Positions 40,500 to 53,851 of a stretch of DNA of 64,000 nucleotides are shown here, in pieces. A program made the translations under genes and the position numbers. Each line of letters opens with the position of its first letter. Position 1 is the first letter of the stretch. Below the pieces are notes generated by a model, which was given only the letters and a program-made list of their open reading frames with translations, ran no database searches and was not told the DNA's origin. The DNA comes from Geosiphon pyriformis uo1 (Eukaryota > Fungi > Glomeromycota), in the NCBI GenBank assembly GCA_016748015.1, contig JAAOMT010000523.1, positions 1,513,552 through 1,577,551 on the forward strand. Direction: 5' to 3'.

Positions 40500-42424
40500 A
40501 TGGCTATTCTTATTGATACTCTCTTCTTATCTGTGTTCTTACTATCTATTGTTTGGGTATGGCATTTCTATCAAAAAAAAAATTCTCAACAAAGGCCAAA
40601 GGGAACTCTGGAAATCCCAGGGCCAACTCCATTACCTATCATCGGTAATATGCATCAACTTGGGAAATTAATGCATCCTAATTTAGCGAAAATGTCACAA
40701 AAATATGGACCCCTATTTAAAGTTCATGTTGGAGCACTCACTTGGATTGTAGTTACTGATCACGAAATCGCTAGAGATCTTCTTGTTAAAAGAGGAGCGA
40801 ATTATTCGGGTAGGCCGGTAAGATTAATCAAAATGGATAGTGAATTTAAATTTATTTATATTTTTCAAATTCATATAATTTTGATATTTAATTCAGGGAT
40901 TTGGTGTTTTAACTGAGGTGATTTACAAAAAGAATAAAAGTGTAGCGCATGCACCGGTAAGGTTAAAATTATAAAAATAATTAATCATTAGCTAAATTTC
41001 CAAGTTTATCGATAACGCTATCACAAAATTTTTAAAGAATAATCACTGGTGGAAAACTATGCATTTAATCGAAGTTAAACACTTACGGCAAAACGTTGTT
41101 GACACGGTTTATTCTCCAATAATTTCTGAAGAAACAAAAAAATTCCTTTTGCATCAATATTCAAACTCTCAGGGTGTTATAGCCGTGAATCCAGCACCGG
41201 ATATTCGCACTGCATTTACAAAAATATTAGCTACAATTGTCTTTGGTCGATCAGCCCTGGATTCAGAAATGATAATGAAATATAATCATTTTATATATAC
41301 ATTAACTAAATTTACCGGTATCAAAGGAAATCTATTGAATGTTTTTCCTTGGCTCCAAAATTTTGGACTCAAAAGATTATTCACAGCAGAAGCAATCAAT
41401 ATTCGCGCCATGCTTGAAGAAATTAATGAGGAATTTATAAACCGAGTCAGAAAAAGATTACTTGTTCATGGAGAAGATAGTGAGAACTGTTTGATTGCCA
41501 ACATTATGAAATCCGTTACAGTTGATCCTAACTTTATCGCTGATCCAGCCACACATCAATTTGAGAAAGATCAAGATGGAAAGTATATTTTTGATCGATA
41601 TGATCTCACGACTATTTGTAACGATATGATGAGTGGTGGGACTAAAACTACTGCTGGCAGTTTGGTATGGCTATATGTACTTTTAGCAAAATTTCCAAAA
41701 GTACAGAAAAAGATTCAAGATGAATTAGATTTAGTGGTTGGCAAAGGAAAACTTTATAACATGGAGCATAAACAGGATTTACATTACTTACAAGCAACAA
41801 TAAAAGAAAGTTTACGTTTCAGGTTGGTAATTCATATTTTTTGTATTGCAATCATTTAGTGAAATTACTTTATGTTTCTAGTTTCAAATTATTTCAGGCC
41901 CCCGATACGATTTCTCATACCTCATGGTAATACGGAAGATGATATCTATCGTGGATATCATATCCCGGCGAAATCTACTATCATTTTTAACATCTTTTCC
42001 ATGAATATGGATCCATTATTATACGAGAATCCTGAAGTTTTCTCTCCGGAAAGGTTTTTAGATGAAAAGGGGCACTTTAAAAATTTAGATGAGCGTTGTG
42101 ATCCTTGGGCATGTTTTTATTCCCTCAGTCGAACGTTGATTGATATTATTTTAAAAAATCTAATATATTAAATTTTAGGTATTTGGACGTGGTCGTCGAT
42201 CCTGTGCTGGATCGGACTTAGCCTATCATAACTTATTTACTTTTGCTAGTTATGCTATGTCAATGTTCACCCTTCAATTAGAAAAAGATCCCATAACTGG
42301 AAAACCTATCGACCTTGATATCGACACGCAATTGGGAAGTGATTTTGATTGCAAACCATTAGATTATAAATTGATCTTTGAGCCAAGAGAGGGGGTCGAT
42401 ATGCTTTCGGCATTGAAACTTTGA
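40500..42424 (+). CDS. cytochrome P450, paralogue 1, 539 aa
   Basis: Exons 40500-40817, 40897-40956, 41038-41822, 41898-42108 and 42179-42424 (1620 nt; intron 4 GC-AG). N-terminal TM anchor, PGPTPLPIIGN, KESLR (ExxR), PERF and heme motif FGRGRRSCAG. Confidence 0.95.
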
Positions 42425-43229
42425 ATTTTTGACAATTAAATATAATAATTATTTATTTATTGCAAAAATAATTTATTTAAGAAACATCTATTTAGTAAAA
42501 ATATCAAAAAACCAGTACATTTTGTTAATAAAATTGTAGGTATTCCAATATTTTTCTTTTTTATTTTAATAAAAGCTGCATGTTTATTATATATTTTCAA
42601 AGAGTGTTTTGCAGTTTAAAATTATCTAACTAGTAAACATAATTATAGTACTTTGGATTTTTGTAAAATTGAATTATTTTATTAAATGGGTTATGTTACA
42701 TAAAATATTTATTGAAAGGATGTATTCTTGGTAAAAATAGATGTGTTATGATTAATTTCCCGATATATCAAAAATGATTATTATTTACCACATGATATAA
42801 TGCTTCTTGAATTTCATACATTTTTAATAGTATTACAAAATTTTAACTTTGTTACATCTTCCAACATTAAGAACAGCTGCCAGCAATTACATGTATTTAC
42901 ATTTATTATTTGATATACCTAAATATTTTTTGTGTTATATATTCCTGTCTAGTTCGTACATGATTTAATATTTTGAAAATTTTTAAAACAATGAAATTTG
43001 TAACAAAAATTTAATGGATATTCAAAATTTCTATAATTGATGATGAGTAAAAATGCCCGGGATAAAAAAGAGCGGGAATGTAAAATGATTAGTTGTTATG
43101 AATATTTCTATTAGAAAATTTTTTGAACGTTATCAGAGAAAACTTTGGGTTATGGGTTTTGAGTTTAAATATGTAAAAGGAAAATATATAGAACAAATTA
43201 TTATGCAAGAATCTGTCGAAAACGATTAA

Positions 43230-45598
43230 TCACTGAAAGTGAGCAAGTTGTGGAGACGTTAATCCGGCAATCACATGCCAATCTTCAGGTTCGGAATGTG
43301 GTACTTGTGTTTCTTCATGTAAAGTATCCAATTCAACTTTATAATATTCGTTTCCCGAATCAAGTTCGTACGAGATTGACGAAGACTCCAATTCGAAATC
43401 AGACATTCCCAACCAATCTTCTGGCCAAGCTTCACTGTTCACTTTTCTTAATGAATCCTTCGATTGAAATGGGCTTTGAGGGTTATTTTGATCTGACACC
43501 GAAACTAAACCTTGTGATAGCAATTGATCTTGTACTATTTCTTGGCGCTGGAAATCAGAAAATGAGTGCCCTTGAGTTTGATCAGTCACGAAATCGAGGG
43601 GGATACTCTGATACAACGGCTGGGCTGATTCAAATTCGGGGTTCAAAGACTGACTTGGCTTTTTAAGGATCTCGGAATGTTGCATTTCAATAACCGTGCT
43701 TGCCCTACAAGGTGATAATGGTTCTGTCTTATTTTCTTGAAATTCGATACTTTCATCATCATTTTTTGGTCCTTTCTCAGTCGAATTCATCGCACTATGA
43801 TACGAGATCAAGGATGGAAGAATGGTCAATTTTGATTTTTGACGTCGAAGATGGGTTTTTGACGTAATTGTTGCTGTTTCGTCATCATACATTGAGTCAA
43901 AGTTACTTGTTGAGGTCAAGTTTCCGTTTGGTCTTTGTTCAATTTTTTTATTTCTGAGAAAAGGTGAGTTTGAAATTAAACAACTGATTGGGAAAATTTT
44001 GAGTTTTAAAATATGATTTTTGAACTAAAAGTATTTACCGTATGCTCACAACTGCAACAACGATAGTAATGCATATTGGCATGAACAAACAGGACGATGT
44101 GAAAAGAATATTACTCAGTCCAGGCTGTTTGGATAATATTTTAACCTAAAAAAGAGTAGAAAATAAAATAAAACAAGAAGAAATATCAGTGAATGATTAA
44201 AGATTGACAACCAAAACTTTTGTAGACCTTACCCTTGAGGCGCCAAAAATAATCGAATATATAATATAATATATAAATGCAACGAACACAATATACAATG
44301 TTTTTCGAATCTAAAAATCAAAAAAATGTGGAATTATATCATGTGAAATCAATTGGCAGATGAAGGAAATTTCATGAAACCTACCTTGTGCAATCCAGAT
44401 TCCATATTATTAAGTCGTACACGAGTGATGTTATTACTTGCACGAGCAAACTCAATATGAAAGCGTAACATATTACATATTTCACGACCGAAATAAAATA
44501 CACCCAATGCCCCAAAAGTGTGCCATACGCTAGGGGAAAAATTAGATTTGACACAAGGACAAAATATGATTGGTGCAAATAAAAAATTGATGATCGTCAT
44601 TGCGGGAGCACGGTCATTCAATTTCACATTCTGTACTCTCAATATTTCTTACCTCGATAACATGTAATGTGCGCCTATTAGAAGGTCAGATAATGCTATT
44701 TGGCCATTATCTCGAAAATACCCGCTTCCCGCTGTGACCGGCCAAATGAACATTGGTGCAGCGATTGTAACCATAAATAAATATCGATCTGCTAATCGGC
44801 TATTTGGTTGCCATCGTCGAGTTTTTGAGTTCAGGTGACTACCGATTTGAAGGTAAGTGCCAACAGCGAACCAAGCAAGTCCTGAAAATTGAAAATGTGA
44901 GAACTGGGAAAATAGTTCAAATAGGAAAATTGAAGAATTTGGTATACCTATTGTGCCAAATGTTTCGGGCTACATTAAAAAATTTTTGGAAAAAGAAATG
45001 AACAGGCAAAAAATCTCAGAATTTTAAAATTCAATCACAACATTTTAGATGGTTACAAAAACTTACGAATTCCTGTAAGACTTGAACCATTGAAAATTAA
45101 AGTTAGTATTTATCGAACATCAGTTTCAAAGATAAAGGAGCAGAATATTAGATACACATACTTTCACGAAATAGATACCGGTCGCGAAATAAATCCGCCC
45201 ACAAGATTCCAATGAACCCCATCCGCCCTGAATTTTTCATTTTTCGTTTAATATCTTAATTTTTCTTGTCGATTACGAAATTTCCCAAAAGTGTACATTA
45301 AACTCACCTAACATCCATAATACTTCAAAAACTAAAAATGCTTCGATAGGATTTGGTCTCAACCACCCAGTCCCAGGCGTTTTAGGGGCCATTAACTTAC
45401 ATTTCTGAATTCGCATTCGATAATATAGTAAAACACCACAAGCCAAAGTTAATAATAATAGTAAAATGAATGAAGATTCGTAAATTATGAGGTAGACATC
45501 TCCTAAGTCGCAATTGAGCGTCACTCGCCAATCGCAAAATGAATTGTTTTGATAAACGAAGACCATGTTATCGTAATTTATGGTGGTAAATAATGGAG

Positions 45599-45640
<42 letters not shown>

Positions 45641-45704
45641 GTGAGGGTATTGATGATACTGTTGTCGTTGGGTCTATGATGGTCAAATTATTATTTTCGT
45701 CCAT
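43230..45704 (-). CDS. 7TM receptor-like protein with long acidic/Ser-rich C-terminal tail, 593 aa
   Basis: Nine exons 45704-45308, 45227-45162, 45080-45067, 44969-44948, 44881-44653, 44529-44385, 44310-44233, 44145-44039 and 43953-43230; all GT-AG and in phase (1782 nt). Ser/Thr-rich N-terminus, FCDWR...NC motif, about seven hydrophobic helices. Confidence 0.85.
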
Positions 45705-47867
45705 TTCTTTTTCCCGAGATATGGTTTAAAGACATAAAAAAAGTTTTAGTGAATGCACAAACATTTATTGATTGGAACTATCAATTATTTAAGGAGAAAT
45801 GAATTTTTTGATCCAGCAAGAAAAAAAATGTAAAATTGAAAAAAAATCGACAATAATAAATTCAAATCATAAATATTTTTCAAAATCCTCAGGTTGAATA
45901 GTTTAGATCATTAAAGAAAGAAATAAAGATATCCAGTAAAATTTTCAATAACTTTTATTGGTATTTTTATATGAGAAAATCAAGCTGAAAATATGCATAT
46001 TGAATTGAAGGGTCAACAAATATGTGTCTAAATTTATGCGATGCAAGCGGTTTACGTGATTTTGACTTTTATTTTCGTCAGTTATGGCGATTTAAAATTT
46101 TAAAGCACTGGCAGAAAAAGTAAAAGATAAAAGCCCAAAAGAAAAACAAATACCGTATTATTTCTTCAAGTGAGCAGAAAAAACCAGATGAAAATAACGA
46201 GGAAATATGGAAATATTTGGAGGGAAAGGAAAGGAAAGGAAAGGAAAGAATCTATCGTGTCCACCAGAAGAAATCTCTAATTAGAATTTAGATAAATAAA
46301 ACCTTTGAATTAGCAGAGGTTTATATTTATAATTTTTCAATCACTGTAAACCTTTTATATAAACTGACTTGAGCTATTGTTCATTCTTAAGATTTCGTAA
46401 AAATTACCTTGCAGATATGCTAGATGTATCACCCTGGTACTCGAAAAGTAATTAAAAAATTATCCTTTTTTAGAAATTTTCGAGACAAATCTTGTATCAC
46501 GGGGATAATATATTTAAAAGGAGTTAGTGTTACTTTCAAATGACTACTAAATAACATTTAGGATAAACCACGTTACTCAAAATTAATATTATTTCTTTAA
46601 AGGTACATTTCTTAATTCCTGACACGTTGAAAAAATAATAATATATATATATATATTTTTCTCTTTTTTTTTTCCTTTTTTTTTTTTCAATAAAATACTT
46701 TTAAATTATTAATTTGGGCTCTTTTCCTCAATGGGAACGTGTTATACAGTTTTGACAAATGCTTGAATAAGGAAATATTGATCCAGGAAAAATTCATAAT
46801 ATTTTATTGTGGAATTTTGAGGATATATTATTTATTGATGGGTATATATTTAATTCAACAATATTTCCCATAATCAAATTATTTTTAACGAATTTCAAAT
46901 AAAATACACTTGAAGTTAAAATAAATTTTGCATTAGTTAAAGTTTGCTTGATCATTTGTTAACTGAGATGACAATTTGCCAGGGTATTGAATTGTGAATG
47001 CACGAGAAATTTAAGATGTGTAACATTTTATTCATTAAAAGATTTAAAAGCCTAACCCAAACAAAATTTGGAAAATTTTTAAAAAAAACATTAGCTTCGT
47101 CGCATAATAAAATTTGAAAAGTTAACCAATGAGATTCAATACAGATTTCAACCTTTAAATTTTGCCTCAAAATTTATACTTTTGAAAAAGTTCTGAAAGT
47201 GTAAGAATTGTTTTAATAAATTTTCTCACGAATCTTCAAATGCGTTATTGGAAGAACTTTTACAAAAATAATCAAGATGAATTTTTAGTAAGAAAATGGT
47301 TTTGATATTCCAGGCTTAGAAATTTCTACGAGATAAAGAAAACCCTGTGAAAATTTTTAAAGGAACCTTGAATTTAGAGCTCATGTTTGTAATTTTTACA
47401 CTAGAACTCCACAAAGTTTTATGTTATTTAATATTTGCGGACTTCATTTTTTCATTTTGCAAGACAGACTTTGCCTTATTCAAAATACTGATCTTTTGTA
47501 CTTTAGAAATTTTAAAAATATATGCTAAAGACACATGAGAAAAAGAGTAATTCATCGTTAAACTAAAAAGTTTAAGTTGTTAATTTTTTTTGACTGGATT
47601 GATAAAGTAGTATATATTGAATAGCTTAAAGGGCCTAAAATAGTGTGGTCCATAATTATTTTACAATTATAAATAACGTTTTTTTTTAATCAAAGAAATT
47701 TATATCATATGATATCCTGATTAAATAAAGATTTTGAAGAAAATCCCAACAAACATGATTACGTTCTCTAATTATATTTTCTTCTTATCATATAAATAGA
47801 ATCTTGTGCAAGGCTAAAAAATTTGATCGAGTATACACTACGACGCAAGTTAATTTTAATTTCAAAA

Positions 47868-49320
47868 ATGAAAAATTGTAATGGTCTTCAATCAAGGATC
47901 AAACTCATCTTTCTTATTAGCTTTTTATGCTTTTGCTTTTCATATTTTCAATATATTCAAATCGTAAACGTTTCAAGGCTATCATGGAATATATGGAGTT
48001 CGGATTATAAGAAAACTTCCCAAACTAAAGTTTCTATTCACTGGACTTCTCCTCAAAATGGCACTTTGTTAAGACAGGCAAATAATTTTGTTTGATTCAA
48101 GCAAAAATTATCATTTTGTGAAAGTCCTTTAAATCTGAATTAATACTTCAAAAAAATTAAACTTATAAAAAGGTTAAAAAACGGCCAGAACACAAACGGA
48201 AAGACGAAGATATAAATGAACCTCAGATATTTAAAAACATTGATATGTTGAAGAAATTTCGTAAATATGCAAACTACGCTAATAAGGCTTATTGTGAGGA
48301 TACTCACCAATTCCCAGAAGTTATTTATGGTATCAAAAAATTTTGAATTTTTTGATAAAATTTTAAGATTAACATGCGAAGTTTATTTTGTATAGGGAAT
48401 GCCAAAATTGTCGATAATGAGATAATTTTCTTTATGCGAACTTTTGAAATGGCGAAATATCGTGAGATTTTTCACTATGCTCACGATAAAAGAAAGGTGA
48501 CACTTTATCCAGGTAAATTGAGCTTTTAATTGTAATTCTTTTGAGAATATTTTTATTAGTATGCTATATTTCTCTAATTTCTTCAAGGTTATGGGATCTC
48601 AACATATTCCGAAAGGATCAAAGTGGATGAACAATATTGGCAAATTTACAAAGAGCGAGTTGCAAAAACACTTATTGAGTATCTCATAAATATTATAAAT
48701 GAAAATAAATTAAACTATCTTGTTATCACTGCACATCGATTAGCAGGAGGTAAGGTTAAAATTTTTTATTATTTGAATAGTGAAGTATTTTTAATATTTT
48801 TGGAATTTTACCTTCGAGAAGTCTACGCCATATTTGTAGCATTAGACCTCAAAAAATTTGCCAGGTTCAGGCGCCTCCGAATAATAGTCTACACATGGGG
48901 TTCGCCACGTATCGGGAATCTAGCTTTCGCCCGACATGTCAATCGAATATTGGTAACATACAGGTTTACCCTAAGAGATGATCAGATTTCACGATATCCC
49001 ATCATCTCAGATGGCCAACGTCCAATCTCTTATATGCATTATCAAACTGAATATTGGACAACAAAGAATTGCGACTGTCAAAGTTGGAATCTTTATCGGT
49101 GTTTAGGAAGGTTACGAGCAAGTAGTTTTTATGAAGAAAATGAGGCAAGACAAAATTTTCTTTTGGTGATATTTTGGTTTTTTATGCTTTGCAACTTCTT
49201 GAAATTTCTGTTTCGTTTAAGCTATGCAATAAAGGAGAGGAACATAATCATAAGCATACATATACCTATGAGGGACCATATATGGGAGTCTACTTTGGAA
49301 ACTGTTCATCTCAAAAATGA
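47868..49320 (+). CDS. class-3 lipase-fold protein lacking catalytic Ser (copy 1), ~355 aa
   Basis: Exons 47868-48077, 48173-48329, 48396-48512, 48588-48749, 48822-49144 and 49222-49320 (1068 nt; introns 1 and 5 GC-AG). N-terminal hydrophobic segment, YANKAYC, ITAHRLAGV, YTWGSPRIGN, DDQISRYP, EYW..CDC, GPY. Confidence 0.85.
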
Positions 49321-52300
49321 ACATACATGTATAAATAAAACTCCTCCACTCTAATAATCATGTTATAAACCCAACAGAAATTTGAGATTTCAATGGTTAG
49401 GGATAGATTTAGTGTGATGGTAAATCGTTTAAAATTCACAGTTTAATTAGCCATCACACTAAAGCGTCATGGAATAAGATGTAAGTTGAAAAGATGTTTG
49501 TTATATTTTCTTGACAATTGAACCAAACTTATTCTTTGATTTTAGAATTAATGGCTTTTGATTTTAAATAATGTTGTTAAAAAGTTTTATTTAAAATACA
49601 CTAATTTGAATGTTCCCCTAACCTTTTTTAAATTTTAAGACTTTTTTTTAAAAAAAATTTGAATTCAAAAAATAAAAAGCTACTTTTCTATTTATTTGGT
49701 TTAAATGTATTTAATTTCTTTTAAGCTAAGCATTTTGAAATTAATACTCAATGAAAAAATTTTGAATTATGAATTTTTTGCCATACTTTGAGGAATTTTG
49801 TATGAACAAAAAATTCATTATCGTTTTCAGATTAAAATTTATATTTAAATTTCTAATTTTCTTTGTAGACAGAATTGAGATAGTTTTACATTAATTGTAA
49901 ATTATTTGTTTTATTATTAATCAATTTTGAAAATGAATGGAGTTGAATAAATGGTTGATATCTATTTTCACTTTTCGTTTATAAACTATAATTCTGCAAC
50001 AAATGATAGTTTAACAATTTGTGATGTTAAAAAGTTTTTTTTTTAAAAAAATGTTTTATTTCATTTAAAAAGAAAGAACAATTTTATAAAGAAAAAACAA
50101 CTAATCAGAAAATTTAATTTCAAATACCAAAAGAATTTTTTTTTGGAGATTGAGCATCTTTTTTTGAATTAAATTGACATTTAAGATGGGTTTATTTGCT
50201 AGGAAGTAGGTTTAAAATTTTTTTTGTTAAGATGAGAACAATTTTTTTCATTATAGTTGAAGTATTGAATCGTAAAATTTTCAGGTTTCTCCCTTTTAAG
50301 ATTCGTTACTATAATCGCTATATTTGTCATGATATTGAGTTATGACCGAGTGGGTTTAAGGAACCAAATCAAGATCTTAAATATTCAATTGATTAAGCTC
50401 ATAGCGAGACTGATTATAGGAATAATTTGATCATGCTAATTGCCTATACATTTTTTTATTATTGTAATCTTCTCCTTAAAATTTTCACCTTAAAGGTGAT
50501 ATGTAAACATGGTTTTTTAGCGTTGGAAAAAGAATTTAAAAAAATAAATATTCAATACCTCCTCGGAATTAACATATTTTTATATATTCGGCTGTTTTTA
50601 GAATTTTTAAAGCATTTCCTGTAGAAGAGTTGACTTTCACCGAAAAGTAACTGTAATAGAATTAGTATATTTACCTAAAGGTAAGAAGTCGAAAAAAATT
50701 GAGAATATAAATACAGTTTGTGCAATTTGTGCAATTTATCAAATTATCTATTATATTTAGACAACTCTTTATAGATCCAATCGTGATTTGGACATTATAA
50801 ATTTTAAAACTCTATAATGAGATTAATACTATTACTTCCACAATGAATTAAAAATAATATTCTCTCCTGTTGCTACTGTTTCTAATCCAATCTAACTAAT
50901 TGTAAGATATTGTCCGAGCATAGGTCACAACGATTCCTTTTTTTCTTTCATATTCCCTTGCCCCTTGAACTATTATTGTTTAACTATGAATAATCTCAGT
51001 AGCTATATTAACCAAAGATATTAAAGGAGTTTTTTATTGTCTTTTTTGCCTAAAAGAGTAATTCAAACAGATCTGTGAATAAGAGTTTCTTAAATGCGTT
51101 AAGCTGATTCAAAAAAAAAATTGATTTATATTTATTACAAATTACAATAAGAAACTAAAAAATAATCAATGAATAATGTTAAATAATAAACTAAAAATGC
51201 TATTTTTACAAATAATAATAATCATAATAATAATAAAATAATTATTTTTCAAAGTGAAATATTTTTAATCCTAATTAATTATTTGAATATAATGTTTAAA
51301 TGTTACATAATTGAAATATAATATAAATATATTAATTGCAATTCATAAGATATATTTGTGTGTTACATTATCATTTTTAATTTTAAAGTTTTATAATATC
51401 AAGAAATGGGAAAATATTTTGAATGAGAAGGATTAATCAATTTCACAAAAAATTTTATAGATTTTTCAAGCTATTTTTTATAATGCAATCGATACAAAAA
51501 TAGATGGGTAATTTCAATTATTTGTATACTTTCTTTGATGAATTAAAAATTCAAATTGGTCCAGTCAATATTTTGATAATACCGAGACTAAAAAATGTTA
51601 ACTTTCTTTCGAAGAATTAGATATCTTGTACAATCAATATTTATATCTTGTATCATTCAGGAATGTACGTGAGATCTTTTTTTTTCGGAAATTTTTTAAG
51701 TTGTTAAATACATTTACTTTGTTAAATCTGGAACCCTTTAAAATTAATCTTTGAATGATATGAAAAAAAAAACCATTTAAAAACTGTAAATTGTTTCGTT
51801 TTAAAAGTTTAATATCCAGATCCATTCCTCAAAGTAAAATATGAAAATATTAAACGTAAAAATTAATTTATTTAAAGTAAAAAAAAGTAACATTTGGAAT
51901 ATTTTATAAAGAATCATTTTATTCAGCTTTCATTTAGGTGGAAACACTCTTCAAAATTGCATTTTCGATCTTGTTAATTAACAAAAAAATCATTGATAAA
52001 TATTTATTAATTTAAAAGAAAATCATTTTAAATCAAAACTCATTAAACATTTCTTTCCTTTGGAAAAAATCTTCGATCTTGTTAATTTACAAAATAATTT
52101 TTAAATAATTTTCGATCGATGACCAATACACCCTATGACTTTTGTTATAGAGCTGCCAATAAATTGTTTATCAAAGACATAAAAGTTATTAAACGCAAAG
52201 GCTCTTGATTTTAGTTGCCAAGTATTACAGATCTTTCCAAAATTATCTTAAGAAATAAATTTCTCACAGCTTTGGATCTTGGGAGATCCCCGGAAAAAAA

Positions 52301-52485
52301 GTACGAAACTTAATTAATTGCGTGAGGATTTTGATCCAAGTTCTGTTCAAAAAATATACTAGGGAAAAAACAAACATTCAGTCACTTAATACATAAATAT
52401 TAATGTTGGATAGGTTAAAATTTGGCCATGGAAATTGAAAATATTGAAAAGTCACACACCTTTTTCGATCATTTAGTCAAGAATT

Positions 52486-53851
52486 ATGCTTTTTAACGTT
52501 GTTTTTGTCTTGTTCTTGTTAAAAAATTTATTACCTGTATCCAAGAAATTTAATGAAGCTGAAAATGTTGACATGATTCGAAAATATTCAATTTTGGAAA
52601 CAAAAGAAGATGTTAATTTGACAAAACAGGAGATGCCAAGAATGAAAAGATTTTCTCAACATTTTAATATTGGAAACCAGCAAAATCAAATCTCGGCTCG
52701 TTCAAAAATAAATGTTCCGGTTGCCCCACAATTGAGTATGCACAAGTCTTCAATTAGAAGATATAGTAAATATGCTCAATACGCAAATCATGCTTATTGT
52801 TCTAAGGAGCTTGTAAATTTTTCAAGTTTAGTCTCAGGTAAAAGCTCATAGAATTCAATTCGATTAAATTAATCTTTTTATCAGATCGAAATCCTATTGG
52901 ACATGAAAGAATTAGGGATCGTTTTGTCTTTTTTTACATTAAAATTTAGGTCAGATCGAAATGTCTTCTACCGAAGTCCTTATGTACTTCAAAGCACCAG
53001 AAATAATTGGATCTAAGGAATGGACAATAAACCGTCAAAATACATTAGAAATTTATCCAGCTGTGATGTTTGGACCATTGAAAAATAAAATTAAAGTAGA
53101 TTCAAGCTTCTATAAAATTTATTTGGAAGCAGCAGGTAACATAAGAAATTATTTCGAAAAAACATTTAGAAAACTGCCATCTTCTCAAAGATTTAGATTT
53201 ACTGGACATCGACTAGGTGGTGGTATGGAAACTTTATTTCACACTTAAAAAAGTTTTATAGATATTTCTCTCTCAATTTAAAAAATAACTATTTTTATTT
53301 TACTAGTAATAGCAATCTTTGCAGCCCTTGAAATTCAGAGGGGATATTTATCTAGAATAATTGCTGTTTATACTTTTGGTTCACCGCGTTTTGGTAATCG
53401 CGAATTTTCTCAGTATGTTCAGACCTTAAAACATCTTAATGTATATCGGTTTACTCTTCTCGACGATCAAGTTCCACGTTTTCCACGCTTAAAACATTCT
53501 TATCAGCAAGTTGAGACAGAATATTGGATCAAATCAAATTGTGATTGCCCTTTAAAACAATTTCCCTATGAGATCTATGAATGTAAGGGTCATCTTAATG
53601 AAGAAAGTCCGGTAAGTCAATTTTTGGAATTAATTTGAACTTATTCCTAATTTCTCGAGAACTCAATTAAAAATTAATGATTTTTTCAGTATTGTCTAAA
53701 TTCACAAATAGATCATATTGACCCGAATTTTACGCACGATGGACCCTATATAAACGTTATCTTTAAAGATTGCACAGAACATAAGTTGCCAGAAGTAGAA
53801 TTAAATCAGTGTGAAATTCGTCATATAAATCCAAAAATGGATTGTCTTTGA
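52486..53851 (+). CDS. class-3 lipase-fold protein lacking catalytic Ser (copy 2), 363 aa
   Basis: Exons 52486-52837, 52950-53222, 53307-53611 and 53690-53851 (1092 nt). Signal-like N-terminus, YANHAYC, FTGHRLGGV, YTFGSPRFGN, DDQVPRFP, EYW..CDC, HDGPY. Confidence 0.9.

Noticed and set aside
43250-43666. 138-aa plus-strand ORF
   Set aside because: It is antisense to the last exon of the 7TM gene, with no motif or independent support.
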